Shown here: in pieces, positions 22,817-36,825 of the stretch
Layout of the letters: each line of letters starts with the position of its first letter
Numbering within the stretch: the first letter of the stretch is position 1
Assembly: GCA_010093605.1 (NCBI GenBank)
Contig: MU004181.1
Coordinates: forward strand, 1,178,001-1,242,000
Reading direction: 5' to 3'
From: Lophium mytilinum
Lineage: Eukaryota
DNA length: 64,000 bases
Translations under genes and position numbers: made by a program
The notes under the pieces: model-generated
What the model was told of the DNA's origin: nothing
Databases searched by the model: none
The model's input: only the letters and a program-made list of their open reading frames with translations

Positions 22817-23045
22817 ATCTAGGCCCGTAAAACATAGCGTAGCGGTGGTTCAATTCCCGGTGTCTTCACCTTTACATCCGGTGTGTACACTTTACGCACC
22901 GTTCGGGGGGGTCTTCATTTGGTATCCAGGCCTGCAAAACGTGCGTAGCGGTGGTGCTAATCACGGGGACTTGACCTTTACATCTAGTGCATTAATTTAT
23001 GCGTCGTTAGGGGGGGTCTTCTATAGTTATCTAGACCCGGAAAAC
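22817..23045. repeat. ~105-107 bp imperfect direct repeat (2 copies plus start of a third)
   Basis: Units start at 22817, 22924 and 23029 (ATCYAGRCCYG.AAAAC..GCGTAGCGGTGGT..CCTTTACATC..CGTTMGGGGGGGTCTTC). Confidence 0.75.
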
Positions 23046-26000
23046 CAACGCTTAGAGGATTTCAATTTACAGCTTTAGAGGCTTGCACCTTTTGGGGACG
23101 AGTTGGCAAGGAAATGTAGAAAGAGTTTACGAATCTAACCGCGTGAACATCTTCGTTAAACGCGGCGTGCACGCTTGCGTCACCTCGTGTTGGTCACTCC
23201 TTACCACGATCTACATCATCGAGCTAAGATCCTTGATGCTATGAGGGAGCTTTGAGACACCTTAGCAAAGGAGTCGAGGTCCTCGCGCAGTGTAGTAGGA
23301 GCGTTTCTCGACATCAGTCGCGTGGGTGGGCCTTGCTTAGACACGGTGCCTACGCAGTGTGGTTGCATCGCCATCGCTTCTTGGTTCAAAAACGAAGACT
23401 GGACATGAGGTCTCCAGGTCCTCCGGTTGTAGAAAAGGCTGCGTCAGAGGAGTTCCTGCCAGTCCCTGGTAGTCTTGTGACTCCACAACATTCTACTTGA
23501 TTCACTAAGTGCTTCTAAAGACCTGGATTGCCCACGGTCTCTATAGTTCCTTTCAACGCTATGACTGAGGGTTCTATATCAGACGAAAGCAGAGTGTTCG
23601 GGGCGACTAGCGGAGGCCCCTGAGAGGAAGACCTACGTGGTTCTCTTGGAACTTTCATATATCTATGCGCATGGTGATAGGCCTACGTGGCGCGACGTAG
23701 ACTTGCTGGTCACCCGGCTGGAGAGATGCTGTGGTAGCCTTCTCTCAAGTGATTAAAGCGGGCAGAATCCATGCTCTAAGACGGAAACCAGTCCAGATAG
23801 ATAGATTGCATTGATCCGGGTTCGCTGACTTGGAGAATTTGGAACTCGTACAAGAATAACGATTTCGTTCAGCTTCCTAGCGGAGAGGTTTGGTGTTCGA
23901 CTTGTGCTGTGGCTCATTACCATCTTCAAACTTGTTCTAATGAAACCTTGTTGCGACTTTTACTTCTTCTAAATGACCGAAGTTGACCAACCTTCCGGCC
24001 TTTAAGCTATACGTTGAAAGACCCCAAGATATTAGACTATTAGATAAGTAGAACGCCTTTTATAAAATCCTAGCGGCCATGTTTCGGCAACTCCGCTGTG
24101 TTCCTCACACCACGGCGCGTCTGGACTACAGAGTCCAAATTGGCAACTCGCGGCGGCGAGAAGTTCCGGTGCTGATGTCGACGCCGTCGATCGTGATGGA
24201 GCTTGATCGAGGGCTTTTGAGGATTTCTCGGGAAAGGCGTCCGATCTCGGGAAACGATGGGTCTCCCGAGATTTGATACAAAGGGAAAGAAACGTTGTAA
24301 TCTAAAAAGTTTCGAGAAGGAACAGTCAAGTGAAACGGCTTTCCCCTGCAGCAGATTCTACTTACAAAGTACCTCAGTCTGAAGATCTCTACAGGCATAC
24401 ATACGCTGGTCGGGGTGTTTCTTAGGAAGTATCTGAGTTTTGTAAGAGGGACAAAAGCTCCGATGAGCTTCATGCTTCATCCAATTGAGCTCTTTCCCTT
24501 CTCTTCTGATGCGTTGTCACTTTTGCCTCATGTGGGCCGCGGGCCGCGGTTCTCGGGTCCAGCCGCTGCAGATTGCAATAGCATTTGAGCGTCCGCCGAA
24601 CTATCGATTTATGATGAAGGATTGGTCTCGCTAGGTGTATCCCGGCTGAAGTCTGTCAGAAGAGTCGACCTTAGTCTATAATTATGTTGACCACTCCGTC
24701 TGATCCGAGAGGTAGACTCCTGGGAGGATTCGTCGGGATTTCGGAACCACAGAACTATGAAATGTAGAGGTAGGCTTTGGGGTCCTGATTCAGGCTGGCT
24801 TTTCGGAATGGTGTCTTATGAAACCAGGCCAGCTCGTCAGCAATAAGAGGTAGACTGAATCGTTAGTGAGGTTTTTAGTGTGTGTGACAATCCTGTGCAG
24901 TATAGCTTGCAATGGGCCTCACTTGAGTATAAGATCAGCGGGCTCGGCAGTTAAGGAGGTCCCGGACATGGCTCTCGACGCTCTCGTTTCGGAAATGATA
25001 ATCGCCTAAATTCGCATGGGATAGACACGCTGGCTGGCCCGATGAGCTTCGTCCATGGGTAGTCTTCAGCATAATTAGCGTAAGACACGGCACGATCTCT
25101 TAGCGCTAGACAGCCCTAATGGAAATAGACGTGGCTGGACGCCAGGCGACTCGTGAGGAATTGGGCTGCAACCACGCCTGCGATCTTTATGCATGTTCCC
25201 CGAGATCGTACGATCTTTTGCTGTAGGTTGGAGCATGGAACATGGTTTTACAAAGCCAAGACCTTATTCCGTATGGGGTACGATCGATGCGATCTCTCGC
25301 AGCCAGATCCCTGATTTGAGGAAGCCAATTGACAGAGGCATGGCCCCGCGTCCACAGGGATACAATCTTGCGACAGCTTTTTGTGATAATGTGAAAATCG
25401 ACCCCAGCAGGTTACTTTAGATTGCGCGTTAGAAGCTTCGTTCCACAGTTCTGACAGCGGGCGGACCCTGTTTTTGGGATGACGCACCAATCAAGTCATT
25501 GTTAGGCGAGCTAGAAGGCACCTAGAAGAGGATACAAAATGCCCAAAATGATGAATTGATCTCGTAGCGAAGTTGGATACAAGCACACAAGGGCTCTGAA
25601 GTGTAAGATGACGTTGTGCGATGAGCAATAAAGCGGCTTGATGCAGAGGGGCTTGCGCATGGGCGGCGGTGGAATAACGGTGGCAAAGACAGTCCGGATG
25701 ACAACAGGGCCTCACGGTGGAAGAGGTGCGAAGGAGCAAGAAAGCAAGACTGGTCGAGTCGTTTGCCTGTTTGAGAGTGCGTGCATAGAAGATAGATTGC
25801 GGCCCCTGTTCGCCAGAGAGGTCCAAGGTTCTTCAGGCCTTGCCTTGCCAGCGGGGTCCAGTGCCAATTCTGGTGGCAGTCACTGCTGAGAACCCTGGCC
25901 GAGGCACTCCCACAGCACAGTGCAGGCGACATCAACTGCACCGTCCGCTGAATCAAGATTCGTATGCTTTCGTGACAGCTGCTGCGACTCCCAAGAGCCA

Positions 26001-29000
26001 ATCTCGCGGGTCAGCTGGTCCATCTGCCGCCCCCTTTTGACGGACCGACTTCACAGTCCCGCTCAACGGGGTCATCGCATCTGCATATCGTCAATAACAC
26101 CTGCATGCGACGCGCAGGTGGCGTCACAGCGCCAGCCCAGGGCGCGCGCCTCGTACCCGACCAGGCCAAGTGATGCTGTTTTGGAGTGCTGTCGACCAAA
26201 CAAGCAAGGTGGGCAGAGGAGCATGGCTTTTGGCAGGCGAACGCGGGCTCAGGCCCGGCCATCGACCAGCGTCACGGCGCCTGTGGTCCCAGCAACAGTG
26301 TGGAAAGCGGCCGGCGGACGGGCTGCGGCGCTGGATCTGATCAGAGTTCAGGACGAGATTTCGGAACTAGCCGGCTGGATCGCAGTGCGCAGGCTCGCCG
26401 GCGATCCAGCCCACTTTCATCCGCAGGTCTAAGGGCCCTAGAAGGCCGTCGTAGACGAGAGGCAGGAGTCGTGGTGCGGACGGTGACATCGCTTGCAAGC
26501 TTCCGAGGTTGGCTGCGAGTTGGCTGCGCTCTGGGACCGCTGCGACGCCGCAAAGCAGCTGGTGCGGCGCGCAAGGGCTGCCGCGGGTCGGCAAGCAGTC
26601 GCCCGAACGGGACGGGGCTCGATCAGATGAGATGTCGGTGTGTGTGTGGCGTCCAGTGGACGGGCAGCACGGCCTGATGGCGCTGTCGTCGAAAGCTTCT
26701 TCGCCTTCGACGTTGAAGCCACCGTGTCGCCCGCAGCAGCTGTGGCAGCAGCAGCCAACAGGCCCAGCGCGCCGCCCTCTGGGTCTCCGACGGCTCCAGG
26801 CGAGTGATGGCGTGGCAGCGAGGGCGCGACGAGGCCGTCTGCAGACTGTGCAGACCCGGCCGAGCAGGCCCAGCGATCGCGCGGCACCCATGGCCGTCAT
26901 CGGCATCCAGGCTGCGGCAGGCTAAATCTGGCAGCCTCGAATGGCCTGATGGATGGATGATGGAGTCGGGAGGGGGGGCACGGCCATGGTAGGCGCGGGA
27001 TAAATCGCCTGGGGGAGATAAACGGGCTGTCAGCAACGGCGGCGCGTTTGTGGACGCACTTGTCGATAGCGCCGATGGACTGCGCCGCCGAACCCAGCAT
27101 CTTCTGCACTATGCCCTCCGCGGCGGTGACAGCGGTAGAGCGCATCGCAGTGTCCACCGTGCTGGGGCGCCGATGGAGCGTTGCGCAGTCCACGTGTGCG
27201 CGGATGCAGCGTGCAGGCCGGGATAGCGTTGCGATGTTAGCAGGACGAGAGGACTGTCGTGCGATTCGCACATTTGGGAATGCGACAGGACGGGCGGCTG
27301 GGGGTGCGAGTGGCGTGATGTCTGCTCAGGGCGTCGTCTCAGGAGCAGACGGCGGCTTGGGGGCGGTATACGCAGTGAGGGTCGCCGTGAATGTCGCCAT
27401 GAATCGTGCGCCGTGGGTCTCCATTTCGCGTCCTGGGCTGTCGTCTTCGGTCCTGGACAAGCGATGCGCGCAGACTCCATACCGGGACCGTCACTGTGCG
27501 CTCAGGAGGGCGCTGGTGTTCTCGTCGCGTGCCGATGCTGCTAGGCGGGCTGCCGTGCCAGTGTCGGCATGCCGAGTGTGAGAGTCAAGGGAGGCTTGGG
27601 CTCGTTCCGAGGGCAGAGATACCAGCCCCGCACGATCTGGCAGAGGGGCGAATCTTGGAACGGTCTGAACAGATGACGGATGACGGCCAAGCAGACAAGG
27701 CAAGATTGACTGTTCGAGATTGCGGTAGCGACGCGGTTCGCGGACGGAGGCTGCTGGGGTGTGGCGCCGGCATGTGTGTGTGGGCCGGCGCAGATCGAGA
27801 TCCCAAAACCCTGAGAGCGAACCGTGGAAAAGCGATTTATTTCGACCGCGCAACCGCCTTGCCGGGTACACCCCCGCTGTAGCCGAACCGACGCAACGAT
27901 GCGGATGCTAAGGAAAGGACTCACAGACTCTCGATGCCGACTGTCCCAAACTCACCGTGCAGGTGCCGTCACCGTGCCGTGCTCGAAGCCTTTGCAAGGC
28001 CACTCGGCTTGCGCGTCGACGCCTGGCGCGATCTTTTTGCAGCTGGCCCGGGGAGTTTTGAACGGCGCGCGACGGTCGGGAAGCTCGAAGCGTCGGCGGC
28101 GATGATCTTTCCCCGGAACACGCTGGGGCTTGGTGCGTGGGCGTTCGGGAGGCCGATGGGGCATCGCTCGCGCGGGACGAGGCCTGACGCCCGCGCCCCC
28201 GATTTGCTTTGCTCCAGCGGTGCAGTTGTGCGTCGTGGGTGGCAGTGTGGCAGGCTGGCCGCTCCCAAACCTCCCTGGCGGCTGGTGCACGGATGGTGAA
28301 GACGCAGAGCTCGCTTACAGCAGAAGAGCAGGCCAAGCAGGCCTCACCACTCGACTCTTACCCATGGTGCTTCTAGCAACGCCTGAAGCGACCCTGGCTG
28401 TGTTGTCCGAGCTGCCCAGTAGCCCATCAGTTGCCGTCCCCTTTCAACCACGGTCCCCCTGGTCGCTGAGCGGCCCATCTCCGATCGCATCTTGTCATCT
28501 ATGCCCTCGACCTAGCTGGAATCGCCGCCCAGCTGCCCGGCCTGCCGTCGCCCACCCACGATACTTTCCGCAGCAGCAGAGAACCATGGCAAAGCCCTGA
28601 AACTGCCCGCTCGACACCCCGATCACGGGATTGCCACCTTCCCGACCACTGCAACACCCACAGCCCGCGGAACCCTTACGCCCACGACGTCCTGAGTCCT
28701 GCCGTGAAGCCATTGATGCTTCGAGCCACTGCACCACCGTCCCCACACGTCCGCATCGCGCGTCTGCCCTGCCCGTCACCTACACGCTCAGTTTCCCTAC
28801 CCCGACCACACCCAGCACCGCCCCGCACCTCGACGCCTTGAAGAGCCTCCATTCGCCCCCAGGAGCCCGCAAGAGTTGGAACAAGCTGCTAGGATCCAGG
28901 AGGCGAGCGGGGGATCTTGGACTGTTGGCAGCGCCGTGAGCGGGAGGAGGATTGTTCAGGCTCGCTCTCCGCACCGGGAGGCTACATATCCCGTCGAGCC

Positions 29001-29080
29001 CGCACTTTCCGCCGTCGACGAGGACGCTGTTGCCGCTGAACGCCTGCGAGCAGTGAGTGTGCTACGGCTCCGAGCCCGCT

Positions 29081-30830
29081 ATGGAAACGCTGGATGCCGG
29101 CAGCAGGCAAAGGTCCGTTGTTTGTCCCCGCCCACGAACTACCCTCTCTCGATGCTCTTTGGCCGCGCCTGTACTAACCGTGTCGTAGCGTCGGCTTGCC
29201 ATCTATCAATTATCTGGAATCTGACAAAATAAAGAGGGACGAGCCCGGGTTTCAAAGAAAACATTCGGCCGCGGCCATGGCCAGCCCGTCGTACCCATTC
29301 CCTGGCCCGCCGCCTCCCTACAGCAACCACCAATCGACGGGCGCCAGCTCAACCGGTGCCCTCTCTGGCCTAATATCTCCGCCAGAATCCCGCAGGACCT
29401 CGTCTGAAAACGAAAAAGAGCAAAGACAGTCCGCACGGCAATCCTTGCCGTCAATACACGAAGCTCTGGGAGACGGGCAGCCGCTTTCCTATCCAGCGCC
29501 TCCGCCCTCTGCCCCCGTCTCTGCTCCCCAGCATTACCAGCCATCACCAGCGACATCGGGCGCCGATGTTAGGCCAAGAACCTACTCCTCAGATCTACAA
29601 AGTCAAGGCCCGTCGAACCCTTACGCACATCCCCGGAGTCCATACACCACCCCGGCACCCCCTTCAACCTCAGGGCCTCCTCCCCCTCCACCTCCTCAGG
29701 TGGAATCGCTGCCAAGACCACCTTTTTCGTCCAGCTCCCACAATCCGAAGCTGCCAACACTGCACCCTCTCAGGACCCAATCGCCTCCCATAAACGCCAG
29801 CCGGCCAAGTGTACCTTACTCTCCGTACTCCCAACAAGCACCGCCTTCTACATACGAGCCAGCACCTTCATCAGCCGGTCCAATGAACCCCCCCTATGGC
29901 GGCTACAATCAATATTCCCAACACTACGGGCCTTATTCTGCGCCAACCCCGGGTGCTCCAGGTCCAGTGTACCCTCCTGGCGCACCTTATTCGGCGCAAG
30001 CGCGATATCCACCCCCTTCGTGGCGGAATGATGACATGAGTCGGGTGGAAGAGAATAAAAGAGCAGGTAGAACTGGTCCACCTCCTTACGGAGATTCTGT
30101 GAAGCGACATCTCGATACATTTGATTTTGAGGCATCCTTAAATGAGGTATGAATGATGTATCTCATTACTGGTTACAAAAACTGACTGTCTCTAGATGTT
30201 AGATGGTGGAAACCGTGTAATGCACTTCACGAAGCACTACATGGATCGGTCCCATGAGAACCAACGGAGTGGAATTCAGCCTGGGTCAATACCTGGCTTG
30301 AATGAAGTAGACGAGTTGATGAAGCACACCCAAAGAATTCAAGATTCGCTAGGAAGAATTCGAGATGTAGTTGTAAGCCAACAGACCGCCCTCGCAGAAC
30401 AGGCACGGGATCCATACAAGCCAATGAATGGATACGATCACGAGCCAAACCCCTATCACGAGGACAGCAAGGGTGGAGGGGGCTTTGCTGGCTCTGACTT
30501 GAAGAAACGACGCGGCGTAAGTACAAGACGAGCCATGCACTGCAAGTGAAAGATGGCTAACTTTCCGACAGCGAGCGGCACCACCTGGGCGATGTCACAG
30601 CTGCAACCGTGCGGAAACACCAGAGTGGCGGCGCGGGCCAGATGGTGCGAGAACCTTGTGCAATGCTTGTGGCCTACGTGAGTTGATGTTCGACACTCAA
30701 GCGGAAGGTACATAGCGCTAACTTCGAGCCAGATTACGCGAAGTTAACTCGCAAAATGGGAGGTAAAGCTACGGTTGGCAGTTCAAACCTTCGACCAAAA
30801 TCATTAGGGCCCGGATCACCCGGTGCATAG
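29081..30830 (+). CDS. nsdD: GATA zinc-finger transcription factor NsdD/Pro44/SUB-1 (sexual development regulator)
   Basis: Spliced GATA finger [43 protein letters not shown]; NsdD-like motif [24 protein letters not shown] motifs. Exon 1 29081-29112, intron to 29189, then introns near 30147, 30517 and 30678. TAG at 30828-30830. Confidence 0.92.
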
Positions 30831-33800
30831 CCTCTCCGGCCTCATGGGACATACCGAGTGCATGCATCCACGTTTTAGCGTGTTCTGGTGTCCCTTTCAC
30901 TAGGCAACAAAACCTCCCTTTCTTATACCCAGCCGGCCGTGACGATTAACCCCAGCGATTTCTCCGACTAGATTCCAAGCCGTGGATCTTCGAGCACCAG
31001 AATCCGCATTCTGTATTCGCATCGCCAAATACAAACAGAGCACGAGTAACAACATGCTTGGCAATGGAAACAGAAACTCGGCACGGACATTCTCACTTCC
31101 TTTCGGATCAACCAAGGCGTTGCGAGAACCCTACCCGATTTCTCCCGGCTCTTGACGTTTCACTTCTTTTGTGCATCCAATCCCTGAGCAACGATATTGA
31201 AGGGCAATTCCAGCTGCCCTCTCTGTTGATGTCTCTCCTTCGAGATCCGCCTTGCGACCTTTTGCAATTATTAGCAGCTATTTGCATAGCCTTTTTTCGC
31301 TTTTCGATCATATTACCTTCGTTTCCTATGTCATTTCCGGCTCACGATACCTTTCTTTGTCGACCTTGTTATTATACCAGCACATTGCATCTTGGCAATA
31401 CCAGGAGTCATTGTAGGCGCGCTTCCAGGCGGCTTGTCATCACGGTTGCTTCTTTTGTCGGAGGCGTTATTTTCTCGGGAACTGGTGTGCGACAACCCAT
31501 CCATGGATAAGTTGGCGGGGTGGCGTTATTTGTTTTTTGACAAGAGGTGACCCATTGTCGGGGACTCACTGTTGTTATTTTTTTTGCGTTGGGTGGCAGA
31601 AGGGTTCGCGCGCGTGCGTGCGTTGTGTGTCTATTAGGACGGAAGAAACAGGTGCAGCAAGGAAAAGGATATGAAAGAGGAAAGGAAGCCCAGACGTTTT
31701 AGCAACATTCTTGTACGACACTCACGGATTGGTCTTTGGGAATGTATTTATGAGGATGAGGTGGCAGGGGCGGGGTGAGGGGGGTGAATAAGCACAGGCA
31801 GACAAAAAGCAATGGTACATCCGCGATAGGAATGAAATAAACGATTTTCTTCGTGGAAAACGCTGTCAGCTGGTTGTAGTAGATGTGTATTATGTTTGAT
31901 AACAACCTCGCTTGACATCGTATTGACATCATAGAAAGTAAGTCATCCCCATTCCTAACCCCCTAGAGATTGTAAACAGTCATGGTGTAGCTAATATCGT
32001 GTATAGTCAGTCCATCCAGCCTCGCCTCTTGCGAACCGGCCCCTAATCCCAGTCAAAACTCCCCTTTCTCCCGTACCACCTCTATACACTCCTCACGCAT
32101 GTGTGCCTCTGCCCCCTCCTCACCCCTCCGTATCTCTGCCGTGCAACAGGACGAACCATGGGCCCCGCTGACTCCTACCTACTAAGTACCCTATCCCTCC
32201 CTCACCGCACCGCCTCAGAGAAGCTCCGCTCACGAAAAAAACTAAGGTCAGGCGTGGTGTGCGGCGCCCTTGGAGCCCGCGGCGCTGGGGGGACCACGAA
32301 AAAGCTGATCGACGCTCGATCGTGTGGATGTGGCTGCTGAGACGACTACGCAAGACGGCGCTAGTTCTCAGATGATACACAGCAGCGTTGTTGTTGACGA
32401 CGGTGCGCGGTTGAGGGGAGGAGAGGGCGGGTCTGAAACAGTGAGAGCAGTGCGTGGAAGCGCGTGAAGCGGATGCCTGCGTGAGGGCGCCGGCGCATGA
32501 TGCGGGCCGGGACGTGGCTATCCCGGCTTTGCATTTAGGGGGAGATGGACGTGATTGGGGCGATCGGGCGATGAGGAGAGGCGAGAGAGGGGGAGCGGTA
32601 TGCGGCATGCGGCGGCGCCGTTGGGGAGAGTGGGACGGGGGAGATGGTGGCGGGGGATCTGGGTGGCTGCCTTGGCGTTGTGGTTCGGGGCGTGGTAATA
32701 CGGCTGGGGTGGGACGGGTGGTGAGGGTGGTGGAGGGGATAGGGGGTCGGGATTCATGTGGCAGGGCGAGTGTTGGGAATGGAATTTGGGAGGGAGCGAG
32801 GTGGCTAGGGGATCTAGGGGGCTTGTGGGGATGGGGATGGAGGTCGGGGAACTACCTACAGTATTGGTTGCGTAAGATATGGCATGGTGGATATAGGTAT
32901 GAAGGATGGCTATATCAGCTATAGCGAACTGCTGAAACATGCTGTTTATTTTTATGACTGACACAGACTCGGGTACAATGCCTCGTCATAGGTCTATGTA
33001 AACGTGTCTGCCGATGTTAGATGGCCTCAATACGCTTTCGTTAATTTGAGTGATACTCTCTACATTTAAGTCAGTATGCTGCCTGCCAGGCTAACTAATA
33101 CACCAGAAACTTGGCCAGTTGTTTCAAGCTTCTCCAAAGCCATCACATGATGAATCAATGTACTTTCAAGACTTGAATGAGCACTCATCTCAGTTCGCTA
33201 TTACATGGAGGCTACCTAATGTTGCTCAGTCTGACTGTCGGATATAAATCGGAACTTAACAGTGAAAGAGGTTCAGAGGGAAGGTCGGCAGTTTAACCTT
33301 GAATTCATCAATGCTCTACTTCCAGCGTTGGATGAGCCTCGTCGCGTGTATGCTTAGGTGTTCTGTGTCTATAACTGCCCTACTGCGTCGTTGCTGACGG
33401 CGCCGTGGCAAGAATGCTGTACATACATGGCTGAAGCAAGTCAGCTGAATGCGAAGGCCAGCACCGGGCCAACGCCTCTACTGGAACTATAGCATGACGA
33501 ATCCACTAGCAGGATAGTCCGAAGTCGATGGCCGACGTGTCGTTGGCTCTCGTCTTGGTGTTTTACTTTTTCCACCGTTGTTGCTGGCACGAGGTCAAAG
33601 CCTGCCGGCCTTACTCGGCTTTTGCATGGCGGGTCCGCAACGACTTAACGCTGCCGTCTAGGAACTAGAACTATGAATTCTCACGGCAGAAAAATCTGTA
33701 TTATTCAGCACGTCACCATGACTTCTCTTCCACGCCCTGCAGCTCTTGCCGGCGATCGTCTCCGACACGACAAGGAAGAAGTTCATTCACGACCAGCTCG

Positions 33801-33962
33801 CGGTCTGCCGAGTACCACCTTCCCTAAGGTGCAAACTGAGGCCTGCTTCACCTTGATACCTGCCGTGGAGCCCAACCTGCTTCGCCGGCTGTTTGCATCG
33901 CGACCTCACTTTGATCCTCCTCACTCTGCACCGCCTCCCTGATCGCTTGATATCCACCCAGG

Positions 33963-36263
33963 ATGGGCCTGCTGTGAGAGCTACACGACCGCTCTTCATG
34001 GTCTCGCTAACGTGTGTCTCTGAAGCGCTATTGGAACCCCGCTGGACTGGCCCGAAGCCAAGAAGGTTGCAAGTCACGTACGATCTTGGGGGATCGAGGT
34101 ACTGCATATCTCAAATCATGCATGCAAGAGTCACGAGCTCACCATGAATGCAGCAACTACTTGCCATATGGCGACGCGCAAAAGGCAAAGAGCGGGACGC
34201 CTTGCTGTGGGGTGACGAGGTTCCGTACTACTCGTTTCCTGTTCCACGCACCATGAAACTGATCCGAAGTCTAGATTGAATATCTGGTAGTGTGCTACGA
34301 CGACGAGAACCGCAAGGTTCGACTGTCGCTACGCCAAGCAGACATCCTCGCGGCATTGGCTACGGATGAGAAACTGCTCGAGCAAGGAGGGGGAGTACCA
34401 GACGTACAACGAGGCCACGTCAAGTAAGCACGTGCAAACTGCATCGAAGATCTCTTTTGCCTAACCTGCACAGAGAGGGAGAGACTGCACCAGTGTTCCA
34501 CCCGGAATTTGGTCGTTTCATGCTGGAGGCTACTCCCGGTAAGCCATGGGGCATCGGGTTCAAGGATCTTCTAGATGTCGAGCCCAACATGAAGTGGCGG
34601 TAAGAGTCACCAATCTCGGTCCTGCTGTAGGACTATTCTGATTCAGCTATAGTCGGGAGTTGGCAAAAGATCACATGGAGGCTACCGAGTATCCTATCAC
34701 TCTGACTACCTATCCTCGATTGGGAACCAACGACTTTACTGTACCACAGTATCCAGTTTCTGGCGACAAGCTCCGCTCACAATTTGTCCCGGACGAGATT
34801 GCGAATCCTCACATCCGCTTTCCAACCTTGGCTGCAAACATCCGTTCTCGGCGAGGTAGAAAGGTGGAGATCAATGTCCCTGTCTTCAGAGATGAGAATA
34901 CCCCCTGGCCGTTCAAGGATCCCACCGTGAACTACGACCTCCATCAATGGCCAGAAGACGACGATGTCCGTAACGGCGCCGCCAAAGAAAATCATGTCTA
35001 CATGGATGCTATGGCTTTTGGCATGGGCAGTTGTTGTTTGCAAATCACTTTCCAGGCCAAGAACATCGAAGAAGGAAGAAAGATGTACGACCAGCTCACG
35101 CCGCTTGGTCCCATTCTACTTGCTTTGACTGCAGCAACGCCTGTCTATAAGGGGTTTCTGGTGGATACAGATGTCCGCTGGAACCAAATTAGTCGCGCGG
35201 TTGACGATCGTACCCCTGAGGAGCTAGGAGAGAAGGTAAACATGAGCATAGTCCCTTTTGAAAAATACTTGTACTTACGCTATTCCAGCCTCTTAAGAAT
35301 GATCGATGGCGTCTTCCGAAGTCAAGATATGCATCAAACTCCACATACATCTCACAAGATGCGCGGCTGCGAAAGGGGTATTTGGATCCTACTCTAGTCA
35401 TCGACTCCGAACTCAAGCAGCGCCTGCTAGATGGCGGCATGGATGATCTCCTGGCTACTCATTTTGCTCATCTCTTCATTCGAGATCCCATTGTGGTGTT
35501 TGCGGAAGATCTCGAGGAGCTTGACCTCGAGAAAGCAGATCACTTTGAGAACCTCCAGTCCACCAATTGGCAGCACATACGATTCAAACCACCTCCACCA
35601 GGCAGCGATATAGGATGGCGAGTAGAGTTCCGCCCAATGGAGATCCAGATCACGGACTTTGAGAATGCGGCGTTCTCGGTCTTTATGGTGCTTATTACAC
35701 GAGCCATCCTGAGCTTCGATCTCAACTTCTACATTCCAATTACCAAAGTCTCTAAGAACATGGAGAATACTCATATCAGGGATGCGGTGTCGTCACAGAA
35801 GTTCTGGTTCCGGAAGAACCCCTTTCCGCCACGTTCTGGAAGAGCAACAAGCGCACACGGTACCGCCTCGCCAGCAACTGCAAGCAGACCGGCGACGCCT
35901 CTGGGTCCAGTAGAGGATGAGTATGAGCTGATGACTATCAACGAAGTCATGAATGGCCAAGAAACTGGGTTCCCGGGCTTGATCCCGCTCGTGGAAAGCT
36001 ACCTCAACAGCATGAACGTCGATGTTGAAACTCGATGCGAACTAGCGAGGTATCTCGACTTGATTAGAAAGAGAGCGGATGGGACGTACTGGACAGCCGC
36101 CAAGTGGATCCGGCACTTCGTCCAAACCCACCCAGAGTATAAGAAAGATAGTGTGGTTAGCGAAGGGATCAACTTCGATCTTCTTAAGGCTGCGGAGACG
36201 ATTACGGAGAATGAGGGCCGAGATGGCGTAGGTGCAGAGATGTTTGGAAAGAGACGGCAGTAG
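33963..36263 (+). CDS. GSH1: Glutamate-cysteine ligase catalytic subunit
   Basis: MGLL / AIGTPLDW / LLWGDE / FHPEFGRFMLEATPG / YMDAMAFGMGSCCLQITFQ / HFENLQSTNWQ / GWRVEFRPME; multiple GT-AG introns. Confidence 0.96.
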
Positions 36264-36825
36264 AGTTGATCTTCTTACAGTCGGACTGCACCTAGGGGAC
36301 GGATGTGTATGGTCTCTTGTGCTCAGCCCGGCATTCTCAGAGAGAGTGAGCAGAGCACCTGGCATTCGTGTGTTTCCAAGAATTGATAATTGGCATAGCG
36401 AGATTAGATATGCATTTCTATGGCTAGAACTCAAGATCAATGCAAAGATGCCGAATGAAACTATAATGAGTGTCTACGTCTTCTGTAGATTACATTCCGA
36501 GAGCAGAATTTCGAATCTGCGTCGTGGTCAAGATGCATGCCGCAATTTGACCGGTCACGAGCGAGGTGAAGCAGACGCCCGGCCAAATCAATAGCTGCTT
36601 CGATAGCGATCTCGTTGAAGTTACTCGGGACGGAAAAATGCGCGAAACACGGGGGTGGATGGTCAGCCATTGCGCAAACTTTGACAGAGGTCCGGTCCGA
36701 TCCCTCCCAGCCACCCACCACCGCTTGCCGCAGGTACCACAGCGATTCCCCCTCCACCACCGTCACAGCACAGGTACCACCATCGTCAACTCATCACCAC
36801 ACATCGACAACACCCACTCACCACC

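Noticed and set aside
25490..29000. Dense overlapping 100-180 aa ORFs on both strands
   Set aside because: Arg/Ala/Pro-rich translations typical of GC-rich non-coding DNA, with no domains.
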